The notes below the pieces were generated by a model. That model was not told the origin of the DNA and did not search any database. It saw only the letters and a program-made list of their open reading frames with translations. A program made the translations under genes and the position numbers. A stretch of DNA of 64,000 bases, taken from Mustelus asterias (taxonomy: Eukaryota). Below, piece after piece: positions 25,824-39,748 of the stretch (positions within the stretch are counted from its first letter, which is position 1; each line of letters opens with the position of its first letter). The stretch is taken from positions 106,764,001-106,828,000 of the forward strand of contig NC_135801.1 in NCBI RefSeq assembly GCF_964213995.1, read 5' to 3'.

Positions 25824-28800
25824 AGGTAAAAGCTGAACTGCAGAAAATACTTTGAAATTTGAATTACATCTTTAATGCACACTGCTTTGATGTTTTATAT
25901 CATTGTTTTAAAAAATATTTCAGTATATATGTTTGAAGTATATGTGTGTGATTTCATTGCTGGACAAGTAAAAATCAGAACATAACATATTGCCAGTAAA
26001 ATTTAAGCATACACACTTAATCATTTACACGACACGTATTGTAACAGCAAAGTATTGCCAAGGAAATGAAGGCCAGAAATATTGTCACTGCTGTCACTCG
26101 CCAAAATATAGTTAAATCAAATCCCAGAAAGAACCTTTTGGAAAGGTAATTTCGGCAGCACCTTTCTCTTTTCAGCTGTTTTCCTCCTTGAAATGAAGCA
26201 ATATTCTGTATCTTATGGGTAGATAGCCAAGCTAGTCCAAAATATCATAGCGACTCTGTTCGATCAAACTAATTTAAGTCAAAATCACACTACATTCCTT
26301 TCTAGATCATTCTAGGCCATTTAAAAAAATTTTAACTACTGAAGATCCAAACATAGGGGAAATAGATAACCCTAATGATCTTTAACCTTTGATAAGAAGG
26401 GTGAAAAGAACCAGTTCGAGAGCCATGTGAAATGTACAAAACAGAAATGCTTAAGAAAGAAAAACTCTTACCTTCCTATCTTGAAGAGGTGTTCATTCCC
26501 TCCAACCGTCCTCTGAAAACAAAACACAGAATTAGCCGCTCTTATGAGGAAAGTTTTTAACTCAGAAGAGAGGGGATGTGGAATATGCCTGTATTAAGTA
26601 AATGTTCACCACCAGACCAAAATTGGCGTGATTAACTTACCTTAATTTTTTTTGATCCATGCAGTAGAGCCTCAAAGATTAAAACATCCCATAACATCCT
26701 ATAGATGACTGCTCTACATAGATTTAGGAATATAAAAGAGCATGTTTCCAAATTAGGTTTTTGTAGTATATCTATCTAACCTCTGATATTGAGTAGTTTT
26801 GGCTTTTATTTTGCAGCCTACACTAGTTGAATAAAGTTTGAATTCCCTACAGTAGCAGCACCATATTGTCAATAGATCAGCTGCTTTCTGTCCCTTCTCT
26901 CTTAATCCCTTGTTGATTTAAGTCTGGGAAAGGGTGGTAGGAACAAGAGGGAAAGGTAGACTTTGTTGCAATATCAGATGTTCAAAAGGGAAGTGTCTGA
27001 ATGGACACTTTGTATTAATTTGAGGGTTTCCTCCTACTTGGCAAACTTAGACAGTAAGACATGCACTTTCATATTCTACAATATAGTACATGAGAAACCC
27101 TTAGTTGCAGTTGTTTACGTCAAATCCTTTATACTGTGATTAATATCAAATGTAATTCTTTCAACATTAGTATTATCACGTGATCGAGTAATGTCTTTTT
27201 CTTTTTGTATTCTCCATATGACAGCCATTTGAGGGCTGCCTCTGGCCACCACACATTTAACATCTGTCACCCAACCCAGCATATTTGCTGAGAAATATCC
27301 TTTACCATTCTATCTTGTAAGTATATTGTAATAACAATCTTCTTTTTGCTTGGCTTGAATCCTGTATCAAATGGATCTGCAGTGAGTGGGGAGGGGCAGT
27401 TACAGAATCCTCCATAACCACGTAAAACTAATACTGATTGGTCTTCTATCTCCATTTTCAGCTTCACTAGTTGAGTCTTTTTGCTGAGTTTGTTGTTTTA
27501 TGGCTGATGGGCCTAAATATTTCAACATCTGCATGAATCACACTTGGTATATGTTCTGTTTAATTTCCTTCCCAGTTGATAGACCAATTGTCTTCCAGTT
27601 TGTCTCTCGAGTCAACCCTCCAATGTCTATTTACAAGAAAAAATGAAGTTAAACTATGTAATACTGGTACTGAAGCTGAATGAAGTATCAATTACAGTGG
27701 TATTTAATCTTTTTAGTCTAAGGTTAAAAACCAGCAATACTTTATCATTTTTAAAATAAATTACAACTTTAACTTAACATTGTGCTGGATAAATGATTAA
27801 ATCAAAATGTGGTTGGAAGAGGAAAAGCCTTTAGTGGATGCCCAGGAGATTGGGTCTTTATTTTGTGTGGTTCTGACCTGAATTTGTTTAAGAGGACTCA
27901 CATGCATGATTTTGTTTTTTGGGCTGGCTGATATACAATGGTATTTGGAGCATAGCTAATCAAGAATATTGCACGCTTGTTGTTCAGATTCTCTACAATT
28001 TATGCAGATAACTTCAAATTAATGGAGTTTAACATGCACCAACTATTGCTGACACATTTATGACTGCTATTAGAAGATTTAATAATGGTAAATCTTACAT
28101 TTAACTGAAAAACGACCAGTCAAATTATTGTACAAATAAAATGGGGTGAAAATAGTTTAAGCAATGTTACTTCTTTCCTGAATAAGTGCATTATTGTTCA
28201 ATGTGGAACTTCTGTGTACAAGAAAATACATAGAGAAAAGATACATTGCCGTTACTGTCCATAATAAATATTCAAAAACTGCAGAAGACAAAATTGCCAT
28301 ATCTACTTTTCAAATGGAATTTGCCAATCTAAATGGCACGTGAGATGTCAATAAAATTAAATTGTTCTGTTGATGCAAATATCAATCTTCATCAAATTAT
28401 ATTCAGTAACATAAATATTTTATATTTAACATTTTATATCTAAACTTAATGAGTACATTTCCATAATACTGTAACGGGGAGCAATCTTATGGAACTTTTA
28501 AATCAGTTTGAGTGGTTGAAATATCTTCTATTCAAATGTTCTGATTTATTAAAACTTGTCAAATTTTCTATACACTTTGATAGTATGTACCATGACAGAG
28601 CTATTTTACCATGAGTGAAAGGCAGAATTCTATTTTGTTTTCAATAGCTGTGTTTTTAGCACTCAAATTTTGATCTTGTATTAGTTTGTTAGCTGCTCTA
28701 GTTTGAAAGCATTGTGCGCATGCATAAATTGGCATTTACATGCACTTCTGCCCTTACTTCATTATTTAAATGAGTATCCAAAGAGGATGGCAAGCTATTT

Positions 28801-30959
28801 CATCCCCAAAATGTAAATGTGACTTCTAAAATGTTTAATTTTATTAAAATTTAGATATGGCCCCTGTCCCACCGAGAACAAATGTACTTTTGTGGCCATT
28901 GTTTCTTCTAATAAATGAAGAATTTATTAGAGGGTGGTATATCCAGTCAGTCAGTGTCTCCAAGGCATTGCCTGTGCCTTCTCAATTTTAATCTTTTCAA
29001 CTCACTTCGATGTTGTACTAATATAGTGTTGTAATGATGATTCAATGCTGTTGCCAGTGATTTGAGGAATAAACTTATTCTTTTCAATGCAAAGAAAAGT
29101 ATGAGCCACATATTGTGCCATTATGTAGCACGCAGAATTAATAGAATTCTGCCCACAATCTCTCCAATAGTTTAGTGTTGTTGCACATTCTTTGTCAGCC
29201 TTGTAGTTTGAATACGTTTGCAATTATTTATGTATTCTTTGTACAATGTTCCAATTACAATTAAATTATAACAAATGTACTCTTCCTTTGTAGTTTTTAT
29301 TTCTATAAAGGTTTTAGCAAAACAGGATCCTGCAATAAAATGAGATGCCACAAATGGATTCTGAAACACAATACAACACATTATTCACTGTTTGATAGAG
29401 CTTTTCAACTCGGAATTGAATAAATGAAATTTATAACTTATAGGTATCAAAGCTGTTCCTGGAAACACAAAGCGGCCAGACATGAAGCCAGGATGTACTG
29501 TATGCGCATCAAAAAGGACTTGAAGGCAGGATGTTCTCTGTGCTCATTAAAAGATTTGAAGCCAGGATTTTCTGTGTGTATCAAATACTTACAATCACTA
29601 AGCATGTAGACTTGTTAATAGAGAATGAAAGTAGATTTTAGTCGAACATTACCTACATTTCAATAGTGAAATTAAGAGCGATCTACCAGTTTTTTTTATA
29701 TAAAGCTCTAAATGAATGTATTGGAGTTGGAAAGAGCGGAGTATCTTTAACACAGGAATAGCAGAACTGAGAGTTAGGAGAACTTCAAACTAACAACTAA
29801 ATTAGGCTCAGTATCAGAACATTCTTCACACACAGTTTAGTTCCATGCCCTCTCATCTCCAGTGGTGAGTGGTAGTTGGAGAGAACAAAGAAAATTTACA
29901 CTTCCATGATTTTCTGCCCATTAGTTTATTGATTGGAAAATTACAAGCTATGCATCTATGATTCTTTTCAATAAACACCTTGCAAGTGCTGCTTCCTGCT
30001 GGGTGCAGATGGTTTTCAACACATCAAATGGATCTTACCAGAGCCAAAAATCATTTCCTTTAAAGCCACTAGACGTCTTGATGGGAGCATAGCAGATTTC
30101 TCTGGCTGGATGAGTCAGGAGGTGTCATTGACTTTATTCATCATATCTAGCGTGTGAATTGCTCCAGCTCCAGTTGACAATTCCAAAAGGTGATGTTTAA
30201 TGTCAGATGCTTACACAGGTTTTCCTATATTTATAATCCCAGCACTGTCAGTTGGAATTGTGAATATTTAAACAGTTTAAAGCCAGAAATGAACCTTCTA
30301 AATTTTAATGATTTATTTTGCATCATTTATAAAAAAAAACACAGTATGAAAATTACAGGATCTTAAAACAAATATCAACCCCCAGTTTGATCCATCAACG
30401 GCACCCATCCTAAATCCCATGGAGTGAGTCTTGGGGGCAGGCGCCTGCACTGGCGCGACATGAGTCTGAATCTCTGGCATGGACCTTGGAGCTGCACTGA
30501 AACTCAGAGAAGGTAAGCCAGCAGCTGAAGAAAAGTCAGCTTAATTATTAAAAATCTTTTCCCAGGATTGATAGGGCCAAATTGGATTTGATTACCATTG
30601 GGTTGCTTATAGTTTTAGTTATTAGACAATGATGTGTAATGGGCTAAAGGCTTCTGGTAGACTGGAGGAACTCAGTAAAAGCCCCAGACTTGCTTCCAAA
30701 ATGCTACAAACTTACAACAGTTACTGCTTCACTGGAGCACAACAATAGCTTCTTCTGGTGTCACTGCATTTGTGCATCAGGAATTCCCTGAATCTTCCCT
30801 TAACCCTTCTCACCCATTCCAGCCCCTCCTCTTGCTCATTTCCATGCTGCTTCTCATCACCCTCAACAAAGGAATGGTATCAGATTTCCAAAGAAAATTA
30901 ACATCCAACTCCACCTGTCAATCATCTTTCTTGACTCCTTCACTGCATGTGTTGGCAGA

Positions 30960-31830
30960 CTGCTTTCTGATAGTCAATCCTGTATGAGCTGCAAATTCTT
31001 CTGATTAAAAAACTGAAAACCATATTTTTAAGTTCCTTTCACATACTTGGTATACCCTTGCCACTGGTACCATTCCACTCAGTGAACCAGGCTCTTTGCA
31101 ACATCAGCATCAATTCTGAGCTGTCTCTCCAACCCCCATATCCTGTCCATTACAAAAATCACCTACTTCCTTTTCAATATTATCTATCGCTGACCTCATC
31201 TCAGCTGCTGCTGAAACTCTCTTCTATGCTTTTGTTTACTCAAGACTTGAATATTCCTATGCTCTGTTGGCTGGCCTCACATTTTTTACCCTCCATAAAC
31301 TTGAGTATTCTACTGCACGTAACCTATTCTACAATAGACCCCAGTCACTGAGGGGGATTTCCGCCATAATAGTGGGAAGGGGGAAGACTTTGCAGAGATC
31401 TGTTGATCTTGTGCGTGATTTTCCGGCTGTGCTCACCTCAAAACTGAAAATCCCGCTCACTGTTCCCCAGTTTTCCAATGCTATGATTTAAAATCCTCAT
31501 CCTTGTGTTCAGATCCCTTCAGTGCCTCGTCCCCTCCCTATCTCTAACATTCTTTAAACCTCCAAGAACATTGCATTCTTTCAACTCTGGCTTCCTGCAT
31601 TCTGAAATCCTGTTGCCCCACAATTGTTGGCTGTATACCTTCAATCATCTCGACCCTAAGATTAGGAATTCTTTCCCTGCACATCTCCCATCTTTTTCTC
31701 CTTTGCCTACTTAAGACCAAATTTTCTCTTTCATAACTTAATATTTCCTTTTTTGATTTAATAATGCTTCTGTGAAAAGCCTTGGACTTCCTCCTATATT
31801 AAAAACATTATACGAGTGCTAATTGTTGGT
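30960..31830 (+). mobile_element. Old L2-type LINE 3' fragment with a MITE-like insert (~31350-31458)
   Basis: L2-type C-terminal text (GCTGAAACTCTC...CTTGAATATTCC..GCTCTGTTGGCTGGCCTC; TTTAAAATCCTCATCCTTGTGTTCAGATCCCT) and tail TAATTGTTGGTGTTG. Confidence 0.65.
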
Positions 31831-31927
31831 GTTGTGTAAAAGAACTCAACAGTGACATAATGACACTAAACAAATCCAAGTCCTGCTTCAAAGCACTTTG
31901 ACTCACCTATACGAATTATCACAGAAA

Positions 31928-32463
31928 TGTGCTTCCAGGATTGTTCCCATCCTGTCAGGGAACACTTCAGCAGTCAAGGGCATTCAGCCTCTGATCTTCG
32001 GGTAAGAGATCTCCAAAGTGGCCTTCATGACACATGACAATGCAGAGTCGCCCAGCGGAAACTGATAGCCAAGTTCCGCACACGAGGACGACCTCAACTG
32101 GGATCTTGGGTTCATGTCACACTACCTGTAACCCCCACAACTTGCCTGGGCTTGCAAAATCTTACTAACTGTCCTGGCTTGAGACAATTCACACCTCTTT
32201 AACCTGTGCTTAACCCTCCACTTGCATTGTCTGCATCTGTAAAGTCTTGATTACCTGTTAAGACTCACATTCCATCCGATGTCTTGTAATTGAGTCTGTG
32301 TCTATATATGCTTGTTTGTGAACACAACTCTCCACTCACCTGATGAAGGGGCAGCGCTCCAAAAGCTCATGCTACCAAATAAACCTGTTGGACTTTAACC
32401 TGGTGTTGTGAGACTTCTTACTGTGCCTACCCCAATCCAACGCTGGCATCTCCACACCATGAC
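31928..32463 (+). mobile_element. Penelope-like element 3' fragment (GIY-YIG C-terminus and pLTR with mutated hammerhead)
   Basis: Colinear with 56290-56689. CTGATGA-AGGGGCAGCGCTCC-AAAA at ~32340 has GAAA changed to AAAA. Confidence 0.8.
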
Positions 32464-32779
32464 CACAGAAGTAAAGGGGGAGTGATGTTATATATTTGAG
32501 TGGTTGCAGATTGTTTCAAGATCTAATTACATGTTTTGATGATGATGGCATTAGAGTGTTGGAGGGTCTGTTAAGTTACTTTCAGTTTGTACAGGCATGA
32601 CCTCCTAGAATAAATGTGTTGTTGCTAGTTTGAATCCAAGTGTGCAAACCACAACTTTTCCTTTTGGTTAAAACCCACAACTTCTAACATAGTAAGGTCA
32701 TTAGAGATGAACAGGGCAGTTCCTGCATGATGCAGTGGAATTCTTGACTTGCCCCTAGTTACTCCACAGTACTGTTTGC

Positions 32780-33210
32780 AAACATGGAAGTTAGTGGGGT
32801 TAAAGGGACAGTGGCTGTGTGGATAAAAAATTGGCTAAGGGACAGAAAACTGAGACTGGTAGTGAAAATTTGTATTTCAGACTGAGGAGTACGAAGTGTG
32901 TAGGGATGTTTCCCAGAGACCAATGTTGGGACCACTATTTTAGATGCATATCAACAATCTGGACTTGAATATACAGGACATAATTTCAAAGTTTGTAGGC
33001 ATCATAAAACTAGGAAATGCAGTAAACATTGAGCAGGATATTAAACAGACTTCAGGAGAAAATAGACTGATGAAATGATCAGACACATGGGAGAAGAAAT
33101 TCAATGAAGAGAAAAGTGTGAAGTTATTCATTTTGGTAGGAAGAAGAAGGAGGAAATATAAAACCTAAATGATACAATTTTAAAGGGGATGCAATAAGAG
33201 AGACCTGGGA
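32780..33210 (+). mobile_element. Old CR1 RT fragment
   Basis: GGCTAAGGGACAGAAAACTGAGA...TGTTGGGACCACTATTT matches the CR1 RT segments elsewhere in the window. Confidence 0.7.
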
Positions 33211-36200
33211 ATGACACCAGATATAGGTTGCAGTTTGTGTTACAGTCTATGAGCAGAAATACATGACTCCTGAAAGTCATATCAAAAGTCATATCAATAA
33301 CAAAAAGTGCCATTGACTGTCAATATATGGAGCATTTCTTTGCTGTGTGATTAGTGTATGAAGACTGACAAGGCAGCTCCAAGGTAGAATTCTGTCCCAG
33401 TAATCTATAATGTCAATTGGCCACTGTGTAAAATGGTAGAGTAGGAGTAACTTTGAGTAACTTTAGATCCGGCTGAACAATTAAAAATCTTTAAAAAAAC
33501 AAAGGCCCTTGTCCAAGCAGTAGCCAATGGCTTTGCAATGGACTTTAGTCAGTGCCACTTCTCCCACTTTTACTACAGCATACCCATGTCATGTTCATGT
33601 AATTATTCAGCACAGGGACAGATATTTTCTTCCTTCTTGCCACACTTAGCACTATCCATTACAATGGGTGATATAGCCTTGTACAAATTATTGTTCTGAA
33701 AGCAGCTAATAAAGTTGCACAAGGACAGACTGAAATAACAATGGAAATTCTGTCTCCAGCTCAGTGTGCAGCCCCTGCATACTACTTCATGACTGAATAT
33801 AGATAATTGAGGATGCACCATTCCCTTCACTGTGGCGCAGCACTTATAAATAATTCAGTATTATATCATGATGGCCCTTAATAAAGTTAGTAGATAAGAC
33901 TTGACCAGTTCTTTTTCAATCAATTATACTGGATGAACTGTGAGCTTAATGCAACATCCACGGTCCAAAATTGATTTCAGCAGAAATGAAAATAGCAGGC
34001 AGCTAATTCACAACATTAGCTTTAACTCAGGCAGAGAGTTAAAAATGTAACCCTGATAAGAAAATTCACAACATCCAAACTTACTTTTCAGTGCATCACC
34101 TCCCAGACTCACTCATATTAATCTTCAAACATCACTACATTTTTGTTGATGCTGAAATATACAAAATTCTTTAAGACTGTCAGTTCTGGAATAGACTATA
34201 CTTTATATTTTTGATGCAAGTATACAACTTTCAAAGAAGTAAACACAATGGGATATAGTTCTTTGAAATGAATAATGTATAAACTGGTAAACATTGGTGA
34301 AATTTATTTTTCCATAAATTATGTTTGACTCCAGCCGGTGCAGGTTGCAGACCATGACTCCTGAAAGTCATACTAATAACAAAAAATGCAGTTGACTCTC
34401 AATATGTGGATGTTTCTTTCTTGTGTGATCAGTTGCAAGATGAGAGGCAGAGTTAAATATAATGTTTATGCAGTTTATTCTCACAATGGATTACATTTAC
34501 AGGTGTAAAATCAGTGGGAAGCAGAAGAGAACAGCTATTTTGCTGTAAAACAGCTGCTTAACAGCCCACTTTACAACTCTAACATAGATCGTTTTCCATA
34601 GCAATAAGTGTACATAGTTATAAGGATTAAAATAAAAGATAAAATATTAGAGGCCTCACTGGCTGCTGAGCTGCACTGCTCAGACTTTAAATGTAACACA
34701 GTTTAAGATGATGAAACAGGTTGGAGGGCTGTTTGATATCAAAGTCAAATCTGCAGTTTCAACAGAAGTCATATCAACCAAGTAATAACTGTTGGAATGT
34801 AGAATGCCAGTCACTTTAACAAGGAGTTCCAAATAGAGAGAAGGAAAAACATATGTTACACTTGCTCTGTACTCGTACAGTGCACTGACACTGCATTATA
34901 CACAGGACTTGGGAACCAAGTCAATTAAACGGGTTCTCACTGCACTTTGAGTTTGTAAAAGCAGGCTATCTAATGATCTGCAATAGTTAGGACATCCCGT
35001 CCTACCAATGAAATGCACTTATTCATTATGGCAACACCATCAGAGCTTCTTTTAGGTGCAGAAAGCAAGAACTCCAAGCAGTTATGGTTCAAATTGTGTC
35101 TCTGCTTGTATGTACAGCGAGTGTCTGCTCTAAGAATATCGGATTTGGGTAGGATAGCAACCTCTATAATTTTAAGACGCTTGCTGCTACTGACCACAAT
35201 GTAATTGCAAGAAGGATACAATGAACTCTGTGGCCCAAGACTGCTCATCACTAATGGACTTTGGTAAGTGTCCAATTACACCTAGAAGTGACATATATTA
35301 AGCAAAGTATCAAAGATGTATTTCAAATCAGTTTGCAATTTAAGAATGTCTTGTTTTTTTTCCAATAATATCTTTGGAACATAAGGACTGAATCTGCCAT
35401 CCTGCATTCTCAATCAACAACAGCAAAATATCCTGCTAGGAAAACAAGGCTGGACACAACAATCAAAGTGTGTTGATTCTTTGCCCCACACGCGCTGAAA
35501 TACAATGCTTCTGGTTAAAAGTGAGGGATAACTGAATCAGCCTTATATTTTTTATATTCATTTACCTCTTATGAGCAAGGTATTGAAAGTTGGATGAAAA
35601 GAAGCTGTTACCTCCTACAAGATCTTAAAAAGGGATATCCACAAAATTCATGACTACATTCCACATTATTTACCTGGTTTCAATGAGAAAGTTTACATGT
35701 GGTGTAACAGGCACAAATACCAGAATAGTGAACATCAGTTATTGTACACATGGATAGCTGAAATTATTTTTGAAGCTACAGGGCTCCTGCATAATAATAC
35801 CCCAAAGCAACAGACTTTAGCCAGTTGATAATTTCTACAGATATTTAGACCAACAGGTAAAAGGGGTATTGTTGGGAAGTTCAAAAGGATGCATGAATGG
35901 CAGCCTAACTGGTAGACTCCTGATACTGACTTCAATACCTACAATTATCATAAACAAAATCTGCTTTAAACTAGCTTTGTTCCTGTGTCACAACAGTACT
36001 TTGGCTCATTGTAATGAAAGAATAAGAAAAATTTAAAAATTAACTTACGTCAGTCTATAGTATTTAAAGATTAATTAATGATAGCTACAATGTGAAAACT
36101 GACAGTTGAACATAATACAACTTAATTAGGAGAAATATTTCAATATAAAATACAATAAATAAAATAAAAAATATTTTCATTAATATGTTTTTGTTTTAAA

Positions 36201-37599
36201 AGTTCATTTGCTGTCTTGCTTAAAGTAGCTATATGGCATGCAAAGCAGTGACACAGCAATTTGTCAAGAAAGCCACTGCTCGTAATGGATGCATAGATAA
36301 TGTTTGTAATCTAGTTACAACCAGCTGGCCTACTTGTTAAAAAAATAAAAAGAACTGATATTCTTCTACAAGTCTTGTATTTATCATAGCAAAAAGAAAA
36401 ATAACTGGCTTAGGTAATAGCCGTTTTACCAAATGACAAAAGAAAATCCTCCAAAGACATACCATTTGGTCAAATCTAACCTGCATTTTTTTAAAAAACA
36501 CAAACCTGGCTTTGCTGCAGTGTTCATCACTTTTTAATATTTCGGCAAAGCATTGCACAAATTTTCATGGCCTCTGACACAACTTTCCTCTATTTGCTAA
36601 TAACCTGCAGCTTCTCTTAATATATCTGCAGCTTGCAAACCGCTTAATTAATGCAATTATAACTGTACCAGTGACAACTCCTTCCTCCCATCAATAAAAT
36701 GCAAGTAGAATTTTAATGTTAAATTTGATGTTTCTCTTTACTACTCCTGGAAATCAGTGAAATATTTAAGTTGTGTTCAGATGCATCATGAAATTAGAGA
36801 AAGCAAACATTAGGGTTAACTGATTTTGAAGTCAGGCAAAACCTTTTGTGCACATTTAAAACAGGAAGTAAGACAGATTTTTGAAACAGCATTGCTACAG
36901 ATAGGGTATCATTACCTGTTGCCATTCTGAGAGGTAAATAATTGTAAAGTAAAATCTGTAATATTAGCATTTTGGGTTTGTTCACCCTGTCACTTACTAA
37001 TTGTGTTCGTGTTCACAAGCCCCACTTATAAGAAATCTTCATCCCCCACTGTTGCTGCTGCCACTGATCTCCACGTAATCTCCATAATGTGGGTACAATA
37101 TTGCTAGCGGTTTTGTCAGCTGAGCTCTATCTGCTCTGATTCATCTCACATACCTCCAGTTCATTAGATGAATTATGGTAGAAATTTATCACTTTCCTCT
37201 TCCTTGGTTTTAACTTGTAATTTTCTTACTCAATTAGCTTCAATTTTCAACCCAGATCCATCTCCTACATCTGAAGCAAAGAATGGAAAGAGAAATTTAA
37301 CTCTATTTACTTTTGTAAACAACAAAAAAGCACCCCTCAAATGTTTATGTTGAACTTTTAAAAAATCTAGCGATTTTGTTAAGTTGCTCATTAGAGCAAT
37401 TGAAATGTGGGCATTCCAACTTCCCTTGTTCTGTGAGCTGAATGCTTTAAAAAAGGCATTAATTCATAACCCCATTAAGGTATCCTGTACATGGTCTCTT
37501 CTCTTACCCCTACCCCTTCACATTCCCTCTGTGTCAAAGCATGAGAAAACTACTGGCATCTTGATTATACAGTGCAGCTAGGCAAAAATCAACCATGGT

Positions 37600-37808
37600 G
37601 GATGAGATTCTCTGGCCTCCCCTCAGCATTTTTCTTGGTGGCGGGAGGCAGTGTGCCATTCGCTGGCAGTGAGATCCTCTGGTCCCACCGCTGTCAATAG
37701 GAATTGCCGGTGAAGCCACCCCTTGCTGCTAGGAACCCCACAGCACAGGATGCGCCACTGGCGGGACCAGAGAATCCCGCTGGCGTGAATGACCAGAGAA
37801 TTCCAACC
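37600..37808. mobile_element. MITE-like insert downstream of the APBB2 stop (probable 3' UTR)
   Basis: GC-rich island with inverted ends GATTCTCTGGCC...GACCAGAGAATT and internal inverted CTCTGGTCCCACC / GGCGGGACCAGAG. Confidence 0.6.
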
Positions 37809-38755
37809 AGTATTTAACACAAATAGCTAACAGTTCACTGCACAATGGGATGAAGTACTCCCAGGTATTCTTGGCATTTTTCCAAATGATACTGCAACAA
37901 GCAACAATGCAGATTTCACCAATGAATGGTCCAAGCAGCAAAGAATACATACTACACACAATTTCTGACTGTTAAAAATGTAAAGCTTTAAATGATGAAA
38001 AATAACTAAAGATTAAACTTTTTGTTTTGTTTTCTAAAAAAATATTAATAGGACTTAATAAATTTATGGCTTTATGGCTACTTATTGTTCTATGTTACAG
38101 GGAAAATGTACATCTTGTGGCTAGGACAATGATTATGAAATGAGCTTATGAAAGCTGACAAAACTGGTGAGCTGCATGACTCTATGTTTCAACATTAGTT
38201 TAAGTTTTAATTAGTACTTCCTTCACAGATAGCAAACAGCAGAGCAACAGGGAATCACTCTTGATCACCTTATAAGTCGGGTACACATGATCACACAACT
38301 GCAATGGCCAAAAGGATACTACTGACTGAAAGGAAACAGTTCTATTATAGTCTAAACACCACTATGTTACACCAGTGTTAGTGACAGAATAAGTGCACTA
38401 GTAAATACTTCTGGTGTAAGGTTGATTGTGAGAATTCCAGCCCGAATGGACAGTGTGACAAGCTGCTTGGGAACCATTTAGTCCAGGGCTTATATAAATT
38501 CCAGATACTTTCCATCGGTTAGTGAATTCAAACGTTGATCGTTGATAGCAGAAAGTTATTCATGCGCCTCCCAACATGTCATGATGAAGAATGAGACAAC
38601 ATGCTCGTCTTACATTAAATTCGACAATAAACAATATATGTTGAAGACAAGAGGATCAGCATATATAACTTGAAGGCTCAACATTTGTATGGATCTTGTT
38701 GTTTTATCTCTGTTATTCCTAGACTAGTGTCTAAAGGGATCTTTCCAGATCCTCT

Positions 38756-38923
38756 TCATGGTGATTCAGATACTGGTCGCTTCTGTTTCAAAGTGTCAAT
38801 GAGAGACAAAACTCCACGTTTTACACTGGTTGTGACACGCCTTGTCACAGAGTCTGTTGGAGGACCAGAAGAGCACATCCTTGGAGGAGGAGGTCTGGCA
38901 ACTAAACACTTCTGATACCGAAG
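38756..38923 (-). CDS. APBB2: APBB2 terminal coding exon
   Basis: tttttctgtgcag|LRYQKCLVARPPPPRMCSSGPPTDSVTRRVTTSVKRGVLSLIDTLKQKRPVSESP* (TGA at 38756-38758). Matches the Fe65L1 C-terminus. Confidence 0.95.
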   Translation of the reverse strand, partial: LRYQKCLVARPPPPRMCSSGPPTDSVTRRVTTSVKRGVLSLIDTLKQKRPVSESP

Positions 38924-39748
38924 CTGCACAGAAAAAAGACATTAAATGAAATTAATCTCAAGATAATTAGCCAGAAAAGATGGAGGCTTCAGTGTAAACA
39001 GTTTACAACCATTAAATAATTTCTTTGAAAAATTAAATGTGCCTTGTTAAACTTTTCAATTTTAATCAGTTAGGAAACAGCATGGCTGAATCTACTCCAG
39101 AAATCTCAAGATGTCATGGACTAAGAGTTCTTGTCTCGCATGGAAATATTGCAGAAAATTGTCTCAGATACATACTTTTCAATGTTACGATCTTGCTAAT
39201 TACATTCAAACATATGAATTTAGAACAGGAGTAGGCCAATGCACTAAATACCGTTTGAGGCACAGAATGTCAAGCTGGGATTTTGGTGAATGAGAGATTT
39301 TAATGGTTAATGCTTCTCTAAAGTCAAATTTTTATTTACATTTAGCAATTAATTAAAATCACTGTTTAAAATTGTTAAAGTTAATAGGTAAGCTAAGTTT
39401 CTTTTAGGTTTAAACAGCGATATACAAACTCTCAGAGCAGCTGCAGCTAGTTAATTTGGGAGCTAGCTTAAACTGGTTTCTGAGCTTTAGCAGAGCTTGA
39501 CTCGTCCTTGCTTCTCAGCAAGGGATATCTGAGCATTGCTGGATCTACTGCATGTTGCTTGAGGCACTGTTTGTCAAGCTGAGCGTTTGGTGAGTGAGGG
39601 AGTTCAGTGAAAAGAGAAGAATAATTTTTTTTAAAAAAATGAACACAATAAAGATGGAACAGATGACTTGTCATGGCTGCAGCATGTGGGAGCTCCTGGA
39701 TGCTACTGCAATCCATTGCAACCACATCTGTAGCAAATGTCCGTGGCT

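Noticed and set aside
32337-32372. Active hammerhead ribozyme
   Set aside because: The core GAAA is mutated to AAAA and stem I is disrupted.
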